Source: Flavobacterium sp. (lineage in GTDB: Bacteria > Bacteroidota > Bacteroidia > Flavobacteriales > Flavobacteriaceae). Taken from it: 64,000 nucleotides of DNA. The stretch lies in the NCBI GenBank assembly GCA_039931915.1, contig JBDTRA010000005.1, forward strand, positions 16,365 to 80,364. The letters run 5' to 3'. This document shows, piece by piece, positions 34,095 through 44,229 of this stretch; within the stretch, counting starts at the first letter, position 1; each line of letters opens with the position of its first letter. The position numbers were made by a program, and so were the translations under genes. The notes under the pieces are model-generated. The model was given only the letters and a program-made list of their open reading frames with translations, was not told the DNA's origin and searched no databases.

Positions 34095-34472
34095 ATGAAA
34101 AAAGTAACAGGTATTGGGGGCATCTTTTTCAAATGCAATGACCCTGACAAAATGAAAGAATGGTACAAAACTCATCTTGGGTTGGATACTAATGAGTATG
34201 GAGCAACTTTTGAATGGAAAGAAGCATCCGATTCAACTAAAAATGGTTCTACACAATGGAGCCCGTTTCCCGAGACAACAAAATATTTTGACCCTTCTGC
34301 AAAAGACTTTATGATTAACTACAGAGTCGCTGATCTGGAAGCGCTGGTAGAAGAACTAAAAAAGGAAGGTGTAACCATTGTTGATGAAATAGAAACTTAT
34401 GATTACGGAAAGTTTGTTCATATTATTGACATGGAAGGAAACAAAATTCAACTTTGGGAGCCTAAAGATTAA
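34095..34472 (+). CDS. VOC/glyoxalase-family protein
   Basis: 125 aa. [42 protein letters not shown]. Confidence 0.75.
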   Translation: MKKVTGIGGIFFKCNDPDKMKEWYKTHLGLDTNEYGATFEWKEASDSTKNGSTQWSPFPETTKYFDPSAKDFMINYRVADLEALVEELKKEGVTIVDEIETYDYGKFVHIIDMEGNKIQLWEPKD

Positions 34473-34477
34473 AAGCT

Positions 34478-34828
34478 ATGGAAAAACATAGAATCTTTAC
34501 AACATCATTTGCAAGCGTCTATCCGCATTATATTAACAAAGCGGAGAAAAAAGGCCGCACAAAAGAAGAAGTAGATACTATAATTTGTTGGCTCACCGGA
34601 TATAATCAACAAGAGTTGCATAAACAAATCGAAAATAAGACTGATTTTGAAACTTTTTTTATCGAAGCACCACAAATGAATCAAAACACTTCAAAAATTA
34701 CCGGTGTAATTTGTGGTTATCGTGTCGAAGAAATCGAAGATAAACTCATGCAAAAAATTCGTTATTTAGACAAACTGATTGATGAATTGGCCAAAGGCAA
34801 AGCTATGGAGAAGATTTTAAGAAGTTAG
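34478..34828 (+). CDS. DUF2200-family protein
   Basis: [37 protein letters not shown] matches my memory of the DUF2200 consensus. Confidence 0.7.
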   Translation: MEKHRIFTTSFASVYPHYINKAEKKGRTKEEVDTIICWLTGYNQQELHKQIENKTDFETFFIEAPQMNQNTSKITGVICGYRVEEIEDKLMQKIRYLDKLIDELAKGKAMEKILRS

Positions 34829-35069
34829 TCTCGTTTAAAATTTCAAATAGTTACGGAATATACAAGCGCTATTGAAATACCAATTGGAAGATTGTTCTAA
34901 AACTGAGGGAAATTTTTCTGAATTCGAAACCAAGAAATTGCTGAACATATAAAATGAAATTCGCCTGCTTTTCTATAATAGAAATTATTAAGCTGAAAAT
35001 TTCTTTTAAAACCAAAAGCCACTTTGTTGTCGAAGTGGCTTTTGATTTATAATGCTTCCAGTCGGGGAA

Positions 35070-36120
35070 TCATAGAAGTATTGTCCCAGCTTTTAACACT
35101 TTGCTGAATCTTAATTGTTTTTTTTCTATAATTGCTTTTAACATAGCCTTCAATTCAGCAATCTCTTTATTTTGAGCCTGATTTATTTTGTTTTGCTCAA
35201 TTAGATAAAGCGTTAATTCTTCAATTTTTTCTTGCTGAATTTTTGACATTTCACCCAATTCAATTCCTTTTTCTTTAATTTCTTTGGCTGATGGCACATT
35301 CCATAAATGCCCTGTTTCCTTAATTTGTGTTTCTACTTCTTCTAAAGTTGGTAATTTGTAGCCTTCTAAAAATACATAATCTGCCCAGGTTGATCTTAAA
35401 CTTACACGCACTTCCTCGGCAAGAATACCTCCTTTTACAAAAAGCCCATAACTCGACACATTAGCCCCACTAGCTGTTGTGGGAAAATCACCAAAAAAAG
35501 TTGTGTTGATTCCTCCAATACAAACCTTACCATTTAAATTTAGCTGCCTCAAATTAAAATCCCCAAGAATAAGTTGTCCATTATCATTTCCTTTCCCATT
35601 ATCAATAACGAGTTTATCGTTTAAAGGGCCTTGTTCGAAACCTATATCATAACCTGCGTTAAAACCTATAAAAACATTATTGGACCCTATATTAGGTCCA
35701 TCACCACCTCCAGAACTAGCTCCTATAAATGTATTACTAGCACCAACTATATTGCTTCCAGACCCCGTACCTAATATAAACGTTCAGGGCACCAGCTCCA
35801 TTAAGCGTTCCAGCACCCCAGCCAACAAAAGTGTTAAAATTCCCTGTTGAATTAGAAGTAAAATTATGCCCTCCTATTGAAACAGAATTAAATGAAGTAA
35901 TGGAATTTACCCCCAACGCAACTGAATTATTGCTAAGCATTCCTGCAAAAACATTATTGCGTTTGAAAAGTACGTTAACATCATTGGCAGAACCCAGATA
36001 ATTGGTAATTGGTGTTCCCGTTGAAAGTGTGTTGGATGCAACAGTAGCCTGCGCATGAGTTTTGGTAATTACAGATAGGAAGGATAAACCGGTTAATAAC
36101 AATAACTGTTTCATTTTCAT
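35070..36120 (-). pseudogene. tail-fibre-like repeat surface protein, split by a frameshift in a G4/C4 run
   Basis: The N-terminal ORF (ATG 36120, signal MKMKQLLLLTGLSFLSVITKTHAQ) stops at 35737. Removing one C from cccc (35763-35766) reads ..NVYIRYGSGSNIVGASNTFIGASSGGGD.., continuous with the track ORF 35070-35552. Its C-terminus carries the WADYVF..YKLPTLEEVETQIKETGHL domain plus a coiled coil. Confidence 0.7.
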
Positions 36121-36246
36121 AGTATATATTTTAGATTTAAGACATAAATTTAACATAAATAACAATATTTTTTATTTAAACCGCATAAAAAAAGAGAATG
36201 TCCATTGTCCGGATATTCTCTTTTTAATATTGTAAAATAATATAAA

Positions 36247-37143
36247 TTAATTCACTAATACTTTTACTGACTTCTCTCCTTCCGCAGATTTCACTCTAAC
36301 GATATAAAGACCTGAATTCAATTCAAAACTAGTATTTTCAGTTATTTTAACAGATTTAATTAAAGCTCCTGCAATACTAAATACTTTGACATCCGTATTA
36401 GACAAGACATTTGTTACATAAATTTGATTTTTGATTGAAAAAATATCTAAAGATAAATCTTTCTCAAAATCACCTGTCGCAAGATTTATGCCTGCATTTA
36501 CATCTCCAAGATAAATTCTATACATTTCTGTTTTATTTGTATAATCCCCAATAGTATAATTTCCAGCAACATCTGCAGTAATTTTTAATGTACGCATATC
36601 ATAAACATTCGTAACTGCAGCGTATGCTTGTGTTGTAGAAACAGCCGAACCAGCAGGAACTGTAGTAGTAAAATTAGCAGTACCAGTAACATTTACTTTA
36701 AAATAATAAGTTACTGTTTGACCTGCTGCCAATGCAATCGTATAATATCTTCTTGTTGCATTCCCTGTTCCATTAAAAGCTAATCTACCTGATTTAGATG
36801 CACCAGTAAACACTGGAGTAATTCCATTATTATTTAGCTGGGAATCATAAAGTACTAGACTTGCATTATCAGATCTCCATCTGTCACCAGCAGCAGTATT
36901 AATGGTTAATTCTCCAAAAACAGCACTAGCGGCTACTGTATTAACCTGATGACTTGCATCAACACCCCCTGTAAGACTACCAGCAGGGAAAAGCGCACAT
37001 GTAGTTTGATTGGCGACAGTAATCATGTCTGTGAACCCAGCTCCCATTGGATTAGCACCAAAATCCCAAACTTTAGTCTGAGCTTTGGTAGATGATGCCG
37101 AAACCAGCATAATAAAAGTTAAATAAAGTAATTTTCTTTTCAT
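36247..37143 (-). CDS. T9SS type A sorting-domain protein, paralogous to the N-terminal domain of the adjacent pectinesterase
   Basis: Signal peptide. VWDFG..RRYYTIALAAGQTVTYYF..GNYTIGDYTNKTEMYRIYL aligns with VWDLG..SRYFTLTLNADDEVTVVA..GNFKIVSLVGKGNYYRIYR of the 37390-40653 protein. C-terminus: ..SGLYIVRVKSAEGEKSVKVLVN. Confidence 0.7.
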   Translation of the reverse strand: MKRKLLYLTFIMLVSASSTKAQTKVWDFGANPMGAGFTDMITVANQTTCALFPAGSLTGGVDASHQVNTVAASAVFGELTINTAAGDRWRSDNASLVLYDSQLNNNGITPVFTGASKSGRLAFNGTGNATRRYYTIALAAGQTVTYYFKVNVTGTANFTTTVPAGSAVSTTQAYAAVTNVYDMRTLKITADVAGNYTIGDYTNKTEMYRIYLGDVNAGINLATGDFEKDLSLDIFSIKNQIYVTNVLSNTDVKVFSIAGALIKSVKITENTSFELNSGLYIVRVKSAEGEKSVKVLVN

Positions 37144-37175
37144 AATTTATTAGTTTAATAGTTAGTAATTACACT

Positions 37176-37189
37176 TGTAATCGATTGCA
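37176..37189. promoter_or_regulatory. LacI-family-type operator candidate TGTAATCGATTGCA
   Basis: 13 of 14 palindromic positions, 33 nt upstream of the ATG at 37143. It is immediately followed (37190-37197) by a near-consensus -7 box (minus strand TAACTTTA). Confidence 0.5.
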
Positions 37190-37389
37190 TAAAGTTAAAG
37201 ATATTTTTTTATTAAATCTAAATTTTTATGCATTTATTTTACGCATCTTCATATAGTTATGGTAATTATCCACTCATAAAGAAAAAATTACGAAATCGCA
37301 GTAGTATTAACAAAAAAAGCAAGCCCTAAAAAAGAATTCAGAGGCTTGCTTTTTGCAATAATTTATATTAAAATCTAAAATCAGAATTA

Positions 37390-40300
37390 TTAATGTGTGA
37401 TGATTTTTACTGATTTTTGACCATCGGCAGCTTTAATTATAACAATCCAAACTCCATTTTGGAATTCGAAATCAATATCCTGATTTGTTTTAAATGATTT
37501 TACTTTAGCTCCGGTTATGCTATAAACAGCAACAGAAGTTTCTGATTTTACATTTGAAATTGCAATTCTGTTTTTATATCCAAACACATTTACAGCAGAA
37601 GTTGGCGTATTATCTTTAACCCCTAAATTATCACTGGAAATTAATTGTGGTAACGGATCCCAGTTATCGCTTCCTTTTGTAAAATTGAAAGTTGTAATTG
37701 CTGTACCATCTGTCAGTGTAGGAGTTGCTAATTTAGTAGCCCAGGAAGCACGGCTTGCTGAATTATCTACACCTGAGTTTTCGATAGTTCCGTATTCATA
37801 CATTTTTACAGATTCACCGGATAAAGAGCTACTCCATCCAACAGGCAAAATCAAAGATTGGTTAAGATAGCTAGGATTATTTGAGGTTTCTATTGTCGTG
37901 TTGTAAAAAACAACTTCACTAGTATTTGCTGCCCAGGGACGACCAAAATAACCTGGTTTAGAACGATAAACAGAAGCAGTTTCGGTATCTGGAATAGCTG
38001 ATGTAACTTTGCACTCATACATCAAATATCCTCTTCCAGTAGCTTGCTGTGCCGCTGTTATATAACACACATCACTACTGGCATCGCTGGTATTCATAGC
38101 AAAATCTGTTTTATAGAAAACTGCATCCATACCTCCAAAAATATAATCAGTAGCACCCATCATCACTCCTTTATACACTACAACTCTTGCAGTTGTCCCT
38201 CCAAAGAAAGAATCCTGACGTCCCACTACACGACATTTATTCAAGATCACTTTATCAATTCCGTTTTTGACAGCAAATGCTGCACCTCTTTCTACAAAAG
38301 CTTTATCTTGAACAGCCACACTTCCATATGTTGTTGGACGAACACCTTTATTGCCTGAAGCCAAAACCACAACATCTTGAGATTCTTTCAATGAAATGTA
38401 TTGATTGTATGAGTTTTCGATAATAATATTTTCGGCAGTAAATCCGTTGGCACTAATTAGTAAAGTTGCGTTCCAATACGAATTATTCGTAGTTCCACTT
38501 ACATTTGTATATGGCTGAGAACCATTTTCTTTGTTTACCCTTAAAACATCAGCATCCCATTTTTGATTACTTTTCATACTATAATAGTCGTATCCTATTC
38601 CATAATAAGAAGTAATTCTTACCGCTCCTGCAGCTATATCAATACCTTTATTCAACAAGTTAATGTTTGGCGTTGCAGCAGCATTTTTCAAAGTAACATT
38701 AGGTTGTGTAATATCAATCATTTCTTCATAATTACCTGGATCAATCATAACTGTAACTCGTTGTGTGCTGGTTCTGGTCATAAAACCAATTGCAGTTAGA
38801 GCCGCATTTATGGTTTGGTAATCTTTACCTGCACCAACAGTAATTACTGGCGAATAAGTTGTGGTTCCTCCTCCCACTTGAATGTTGGTAAAATAAGTAG
38901 TTAGCGCTGAACCTCCCAAAGTTATTGTTACATATCCTGGAGTAGCTTCTAAACCGGTATAAGTATATTCAACATTTTCAAATAGTGAAGTACTATTACT
39001 AGCAGTAGTAATTGCTGTCCCTCCTTCTATTGAGAAATTAGCAGCATAGTAGTAAGTAATTAAAACTTTATCCCCAACATTCTTAACTGGTATTTTAATT
39101 ATCCCTCCTGTTTTGGCAGTTAAATCTCCATTAGCCAAACGACCAGCAAATGAATTGGCTGTACCGCCAAACAAAATTCCTTTATATCCCGTGGAAGTGT
39201 TGGTTATGGTTCTATCATCAAAAGACCAAACTGTTACTGGTTTAAAATCTATTGTTTTAGAGGTTGACGCTCCAGTAACTTTAAGATTAGAAATAACGCC
39301 ACAATCAACAGGATAATTATCCAAACCTGAATAAGTAACACCATAAGTACCTGTACGTAAAGCTATTCCTGTAACGGAATTAAAATTATACACATAACCA
39401 CTTTCATTTATGTTGGTGAAACTCAATTTTAGGTTACTCGACTGAGTCGCATCTAATCCAGCGGTATTAATTGTTACTCCATAAGTTGGCTTTAGAGTAA
39501 ATGCTACATCGGCAGCTGTTGTTCCCGTTATAGTAATTGTATTGGCTAAAATCTCGTAATCGTTGACTCCCGTACCCGATACTGTGTATTGCGTATTAGG
39601 CTCCAGATCGACAGAATAAGTAGAATTTACAGTATTGATAACAGGTTTGGGAACATACACCTTAACGGTACTGGGTGTGTAAGCCAATGTTACTTTTGTA
39701 ATATCTGCTAATCCTGTAATAGAACCTGTTACGGTAAATAAATCTAGTTTAATTATTGAAATATCATGCGTAACGGTTGTAGCATCCACAACAGTAAAAT
39801 TTTCGCCATTACTAATCATATAACCAGTAGCACCAACCAAACTCATGGTATAGGTAAACCCAGAAGGAACATTCACGCTATATGTACCTGCTGTTACAGG
39901 AGCTGAATAAGTTTTTCCAGTAAAATTATTCGTGAAAAGAACAGAATAACTACCTGGAATTCCTGGCGCGGCAGATACATCCAAATTTCCTGTTAAAGTT
40001 ACAGGAGTTACCGGTTTACGATAAATTCTATAATAATTCCCTTTTCCTACCAAAGAAACTATTTTGAAATTTCCCGCTGCTTTGGCAACAAATTTAAACG
40101 AAGTAACTCCAGCACCAGAAATGGTTACTGGAAAAGATTCAGTCTGTGTACCAGTAGTCAAATTAGAAACTGATATTGAATTTCCAGCAGATTCAGTACT
40201 TGCAACCACAGTTACCTCATCATCAGCATTTAATGTTAAAGTAAAATAACGGGATGTGGCAGCCGCAACAGAAGTTCCATTATTAGCAGCACCATTGCAA

Positions 40301-40653
40301 TAATATCTTGCGGTATAATTAGTATCAGTAGTTCCAATACTTCCCGTTGCATAACGGGTAATATTATTTACGTTAGCATTAGCAGAAGACACATACAATC
40401 GATCCGAACCACCAGTTGTAAGAGTCAACACGCCAGCGGTAAGGGTAAGCGTACCTGTAGGCAATACTACTCCACTTGTTCCAGGAGTGGTAGTTGGATA
40501 CCAAGCATTTATATCGGCGACAGTTAATTTATTATTGTATAAATTAACATCCAATGTTGCTCCTCCTAAATCCCAAACATCGGTTTTTTGGGCGTGAATA
40601 AGCGATACTGAAAGCAGCATCGCAAATAAAAGTAATTGTAATTTTGTTCTCAT
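37390..40653 (-). CDS. CE8 pectinesterase with a long Ig-like N-terminal region and a T9SS C-terminal sorting domain
   Basis: CE8 motifs IDPGNYEEMIDI (GxYxE), GRQDSFFGG (QDT-like), TDYIFGG (DFIFG) and YFGRPW (LGRPW). C-terminus: ..NGVWIVIIKAADGQKSVKIITH. Confidence 0.85.
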   Translation of the reverse strand: MRTKLQLLLFAMLLSVSLIHAQKTDVWDLGGATLDVNLYNNKLTVADINAWYPTTTPGTSGVVLPTGTLTLTAGVLTLTTGGSDRLYVSSANANVNNITRYATGSIGTTDTNYTARYYCNGAANNGTSVAAATSRYFTLTLNADDEVTVVASTESAGNSISVSNLTTGTQTESFPVTISGAGVTSFKFVAKAAGNFKIVSLVGKGNYYRIYRKPVTPVTLTGNLDVSAAPGIPGSYSVLFTNNFTGKTYSAPVTAGTYSVNVPSGFTYTMSLVGATGYMISNGENFTVVDATTVTHDISIIKLDLFTVTGSITGLADITKVTLAYTPSTVKVYVPKPVINTVNSTYSVDLEPNTQYTVSGTGVNDYEILANTITITGTTAADVAFTLKPTYGVTINTAGLDATQSSNLKLSFTNINESGYVYNFNSVTGIALRTGTYGVTYSGLDNYPVDCGVISNLKVTGASTSKTIDFKPVTVWSFDDRTITNTSTGYKGILFGGTANSFAGRLANGDLTAKTGGIIKIPVKNVGDKVLITYYYAANFSIEGGTAITTASNSTSLFENVEYTYTGLEATPGYVTITLGGSALTTYFTNIQVGGGTTTYSPVITVGAGKDYQTINAALTAIGFMTRTSTQRVTVMIDPGNYEEMIDITQPNVTLKNAAATPNINLLNKGIDIAAGAVRITSYYGIGYDYYSMKSNQKWDADVLRVNKENGSQPYTNVSGTTNNSYWNATLLISANGFTAENIIIENSYNQYISLKESQDVVVLASGNKGVRPTTYGSVAVQDKAFVERGAAFAVKNGIDKVILNKCRVVGRQDSFFGGTTARVVVYKGVMMGATDYIFGGMDAVFYKTDFAMNTSDASSDVCYITAAQQATGRGYLMYECKVTSAIPDTETASVYRSKPGYFGRPWAANTSEVVFYNTTIETSNNPSYLNQSLILPVGWSSSLSGESVKMYEYGTIENSGVDNSASRASWATKLATPTLTDGTAITTFNFTKGSDNWDPLPQLISSDNLGVKDNTPTSAVNVFGYKNRIAISNVKSETSVAVYSITGAKVKSFKTNQDIDFEFQNGVWIVIIKAADGQKSVKIITH

Positions 40654-40734
40654 AATTTGGTTTGGTTAATTAGTAAATTATTAGTTGTTTTTTTAGTTCA
40701 AAAGTTCTTAAATAACAAAAAATGTAGTGCGTAA

Positions 40735-40780
40735 AACAAAAAAGGCATGCAAAAACGATTAAATCCAGCATGCCTTTTTA
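40735..40780. terminator. bidirectional hairpin terminator
   Basis: aaaggcatgc ... gcatgccttt, flanked by an A-run and a T-run, between the two minus-strand genes. Confidence 0.55.
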
Positions 40781-40799
40781 TAATTAACAAAATAGTTAT

Positions 40800-42380
40800 T
40801 TATTTAATCCAACGAGGGTCTCCAATTGCATTATCAATCAAAGTTTGATTTTTGATTGTAAAATCACCTGTAGCAGAATTTACATATTGCGGGTCAGCTA
40901 CAATTCCGGAAGCATCTATTTTATTATTAAGAATCGCTGCATCCTTAAAACCAGCTGCATTGAAATAATAATCTTTAGTAAATGTTGGCGCAGTCGTCGT
41001 AGGCTGATTTGAATAAACTGCTGTCGTATTTGTAATCAATGTATTTGTAACACTAGATGCATTCGAAAGAAAACGAAGATATAATATTCTTTTTCCTGAT
41101 GTTGGAGATACTACCGCACTGTTTGAAACATTATTCAGAGTACATTTTTCAATTAAAACAGTAGTAGTCAAAGTTCCTCCTGACAAAGTACCTGTACCAT
41201 CAGCTCTGACAAAATCACGTCCTGATGAACAATTATCAAATGTGCTGTTTTTAAGAACAATATTTTTTACATATGTATTTCTGAAATCAATAAAATCAGC
41301 ACCCGCGTTTGTATTCACATTTTTAACAACACAACCATCAATAGTAACGGAATTCACAATATTTCCACTAGTATTTCCTCCAGCTATAAGTGCACGTGTG
41401 AAATCATGAATGTTACAATCTTTTAATAAAATATCTCCAAAATTACCTGCTAAAGCAGAAACGGTAACAACACTTGGATTAGTTAAAGCAGTTGCTTCTA
41501 AATCTAAATCAATTAAAGATGCACTTAAAACACTAGGGTTCACTGTAAATTTAACATGAAGTTTTGGCTTGTTGTAACTATAAAGTCCTCTAATTGTAAT
41601 TGATTTTGTTAATATCACTTCAGTGTTAGTAAAGACAGTATAATCTCCAGGGTTTAAGATCAATAAAGCACCAGATGCAGCATTCGCTACTACATCATTT
41701 AAGTTATCTGTAGGCTTAACCTCAATACCATCTGAAACATCAATATTGGTTGTAATTACCTCTGATCCTCTTCTTGAAGTATTATTAAATAAATCAGCAG
41801 TATATATAGTTTGCGACGATAATCCGGTAACTGTTGCAATACCATCAATCTTCTCTTGTGGTGTAATTACGTGTGTAATATCTCCTGGTTTAAGTATTAT
41901 TTGTGTAACACTACTGTTTGGAACCCATCTTAAAATAGCTGATTTACCTAAAACATCTCCTTGCTGAACAGGTAAGAAAAGTTGTTCTGATAAGGTAGTA
42001 GCTGTAATAGTTGACCATTTAGAATCTTCTAAACCAGCTGCACTTACTCCTTTAACTCTGATAGAGTAAACTGTTTCACCTTCTAATTTCACCGATACAG
42101 GCAATTCGCTTCCACTAACCTGAACCGTTTTAAAAATAGTTTTAAACTCAGGGTCATTCGCACTAAATTCTACAACATAATGATCTACATCCTCTTTTGC
42201 TGTCCAGTTTAACTCAACTGTAGTTTGACTTTTGACCTTAGCCGTTAGCCCAATAGGAGAAAAAGCTCTCGTATTTCCGATTCCGTCTAATAAAGGCTCA
42301 TTGTAATTTTCGCAACTTGCCCCAAGAGCTACAACTAAAAAAGCAGCAATCAGACCTTTTATTATATATTTTCCTTTCAT
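40800..42380 (-). CDS. PUL-associated surface lipoprotein: Fn3-like domain plus right-handed beta-helix (DUF4957/DUF5123-like)
   Basis: Lipobox VALGASC. Fn3-like VELNWTAKEDVDHYVVEF. The repetitive beta-helix region has N/C ladders (DCNIHDF, IDGCVVKNV, NSTFDNCS, IEKCTLNNV). It follows SusD directly. Confidence 0.55.
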   Translation of the reverse strand: MKGKYIIKGLIAAFLVVALGASCENYNEPLLDGIGNTRAFSPIGLTAKVKSQTTVELNWTAKEDVDHYVVEFSANDPEFKTIFKTVQVSGSELPVSVKLEGETVYSIRVKGVSAAGLEDSKWSTITATTLSEQLFLPVQQGDVLGKSAILRWVPNSSVTQIILKPGDITHVITPQEKIDGIATVTGLSSQTIYTADLFNNTSRRGSEVITTNIDVSDGIEVKPTDNLNDVVANAASGALLILNPGDYTVFTNTEVILTKSITIRGLYSYNKPKLHVKFTVNPSVLSASLIDLDLEATALTNPSVVTVSALAGNFGDILLKDCNIHDFTRALIAGGNTSGNIVNSVTIDGCVVKNVNTNAGADFIDFRNTYVKNIVLKNSTFDNCSSGRDFVRADGTGTLSGGTLTTTVLIEKCTLNNVSNSAVVSPTSGKRILYLRFLSNASSVTNTLITNTTAVYSNQPTTTAPTFTKDYYFNAAGFKDAAILNNKIDASGIVADPQYVNSATGDFTIKNQTLIDNAIGDPRWIK

Positions 42381-42418
42381 AATTATATTCTTAGGATTTA
42401 TTTTTTTCTAATTTGCTA

Positions 42419-44212
42419 TTAATATCCGTAATCGTTTACTAATTGATTATTACTGCCGTCAATAAACACTTGCCAAATTGGCCAGAACTGCCTATTATCA
42501 GGATCAACTCCGGCTTTGTAAAGGGACGCAATTTTAGTATCTTCTAATTTAGTCCATGCTGCAGCAGTATAATCAACACCAGGATTTACATTTTCACCAC
42601 GATTTAAACCGTATATAACTAAAGAAACATTATCTGCTGCATATTTATAATACAAAGTAGATGGCACATCAGCATATGCTCCTGTACGGGCTTTTAAATC
42701 AGTCATTTTCGCTTTTGCCTCATCTAATTTTACTTTAAGTAAATTCCAACGAATCAATGCTTGCTTACGTTCCATTTCTCCTGTAAACTCATATTTATTT
42801 TCTTCAACAATAGCATTAAACATCGCCAGTTTATCTGTCAAAGCATTTACATAGGCATCTACTTTTACAGCATGAGCTGTTGTCGGGAAAGATCTTCTTC
42901 TAATTTCTTTTAAATATGGAGCAGCTGCAGCAGGTCCTTCCAATTCATTGGCAGCTTCAGCAGCAATCAAAAGTACTTCAGCATAACGCATATACATTTT
43001 ATTAATACCATCATCATTGGTAGAAGTTACAAAACGTTTCATCCACTCATAACGGTATTTACCGAAATACCAGGTATCTAATGTATTCAATTCTTGTTTA
43101 GCTATATTATTTACGGCAACACCCCATTTGTAAGGAACGCATGTCACATCTCTTCGGGTATCCGTCTGATCGTAGTCATAAAAAACAAATGGTAACGGAC
43201 CAGCTACACCTCCACGGTTAGCTCCATTAGCTTGAAATTGGTCACTAGCAGAAGTATGTTTTACTGCAAACGTAAATAACATACGCCCACGACCATCAGC
43301 AAAAGGAAGTTCCCATAAAGATTCTCCTCCGGCAGTAGTAATCTCCTGATTGTATTTTTTCCATAATCCTTCAAAAGTTGTCTCTAATTTTGCTGAACCG
43401 CTTGCAATAACTTCACGAGTTTCTTTTAATGCCAACGCATACATATTAGCCGCTGAAAGTTCAGCATCAGTACTTCTTCTGACACCGTCAGGATATTGTT
43501 GGTAGCCACTGGCTGCCATTGCCAAACGAGCTCTAAATGCTTTTACAAAAGCTTTATTTACATGCTCTACAGTACTGGTATAAGCTGTTTCATTTGGCCA
43601 GGCAACCAAAATTGACGCCTCTCCTAAGTCAGCAATTAGTTGTTTATAAATAATATCACGGCTTGATTTAGGCAAATATATAGTTGCATTAGTAATAGGT
43701 TCAAAGCGGGCAGGAACATCTCCCCACGCTTTTACTAAATCAGCATAATAAATAGCTCTCAACGTCAAGGCTTCTCCTAATAGCTGCCCCATTTCTGTAC
43801 CCGGTAAAGGATTCCCATATTTGCGTATACCACTTATGCAAATATTAGCACGCTCTATACCCTGAAACATCATTGAATATGCATTATTAGATGTATTCAT
43901 CTCTGTATTATTAGGTTTTGCATCATACACACACAAATCAGCCTTATCTCCGGCACTTTGTGAAGTATTATACCATTCCACATCCGTATTTAATCCATAA
44001 TATGGTAAAAAACGACCTCTATAAGAATTAGTTTCAGCAAATGGTACTTTTATCCCATCAACTGCTCCTTTTGCAAGTCCGGCCGTAGAAAAAATTACAG
44101 ACGCTTCTAATGATGATGCTGCAGGCGTCTCTAAATAACCCTCTTCAAATTGTTCGCAAGAACTAAATAACCCAGAGATAATTAATCCTGCTATTATTAT
44201 TTTATGTTTCAT
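42419..44212 (-). CDS. SusD/RagB-family nutrient-binding outer-membrane lipoprotein
   Basis: Lipobox GLFSSC. TPR-like SusD features (LRAIYYADLVKAWGDVP, EVLLIAAEA). It lies immediately downstream of SusC. Confidence 0.9.
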   Translation of the reverse strand: MKHKIIIAGLIISGLFSSCEQFEEGYLETPAASSLEASVIFSTAGLAKGAVDGIKVPFAETNSYRGRFLPYYGLNTDVEWYNTSQSAGDKADLCVYDAKPNNTEMNTSNNAYSMMFQGIERANICISGIRKYGNPLPGTEMGQLLGEALTLRAIYYADLVKAWGDVPARFEPITNATIYLPKSSRDIIYKQLIADLGEASILVAWPNETAYTSTVEHVNKAFVKAFRARLAMAASGYQQYPDGVRRSTDAELSAANMYALALKETREVIASGSAKLETTFEGLWKKYNQEITTAGGESLWELPFADGRGRMLFTFAVKHTSASDQFQANGANRGGVAGPLPFVFYDYDQTDTRRDVTCVPYKWGVAVNNIAKQELNTLDTWYFGKYRYEWMKRFVTSTNDDGINKMYMRYAEVLLIAAEAANELEGPAAAAPYLKEIRRRSFPTTAHAVKVDAYVNALTDKLAMFNAIVEENKYEFTGEMERKQALIRWNLLKVKLDEAKAKMTDLKARTGAYADVPSTLYYKYAADNVSLVIYGLNRGENVNPGVDYTAAAWTKLEDTKIASLYKAGVDPDNRQFWPIWQVFIDGSNNQLVNDYGY

Positions 44213-44229
44213 TTTGTAGTAATTTAAAA

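Noticed and set aside
37685-40249. Several 60-104-aa plus-strand ORFs inside the pectinesterase gene, and similar antisense ORFs inside the SusC, GH31, recQ, murA and PspC genes.
   Set aside because: All are embedded antisense or off-frame within long ORFs that carry strong family motifs. They are shadow ORFs.
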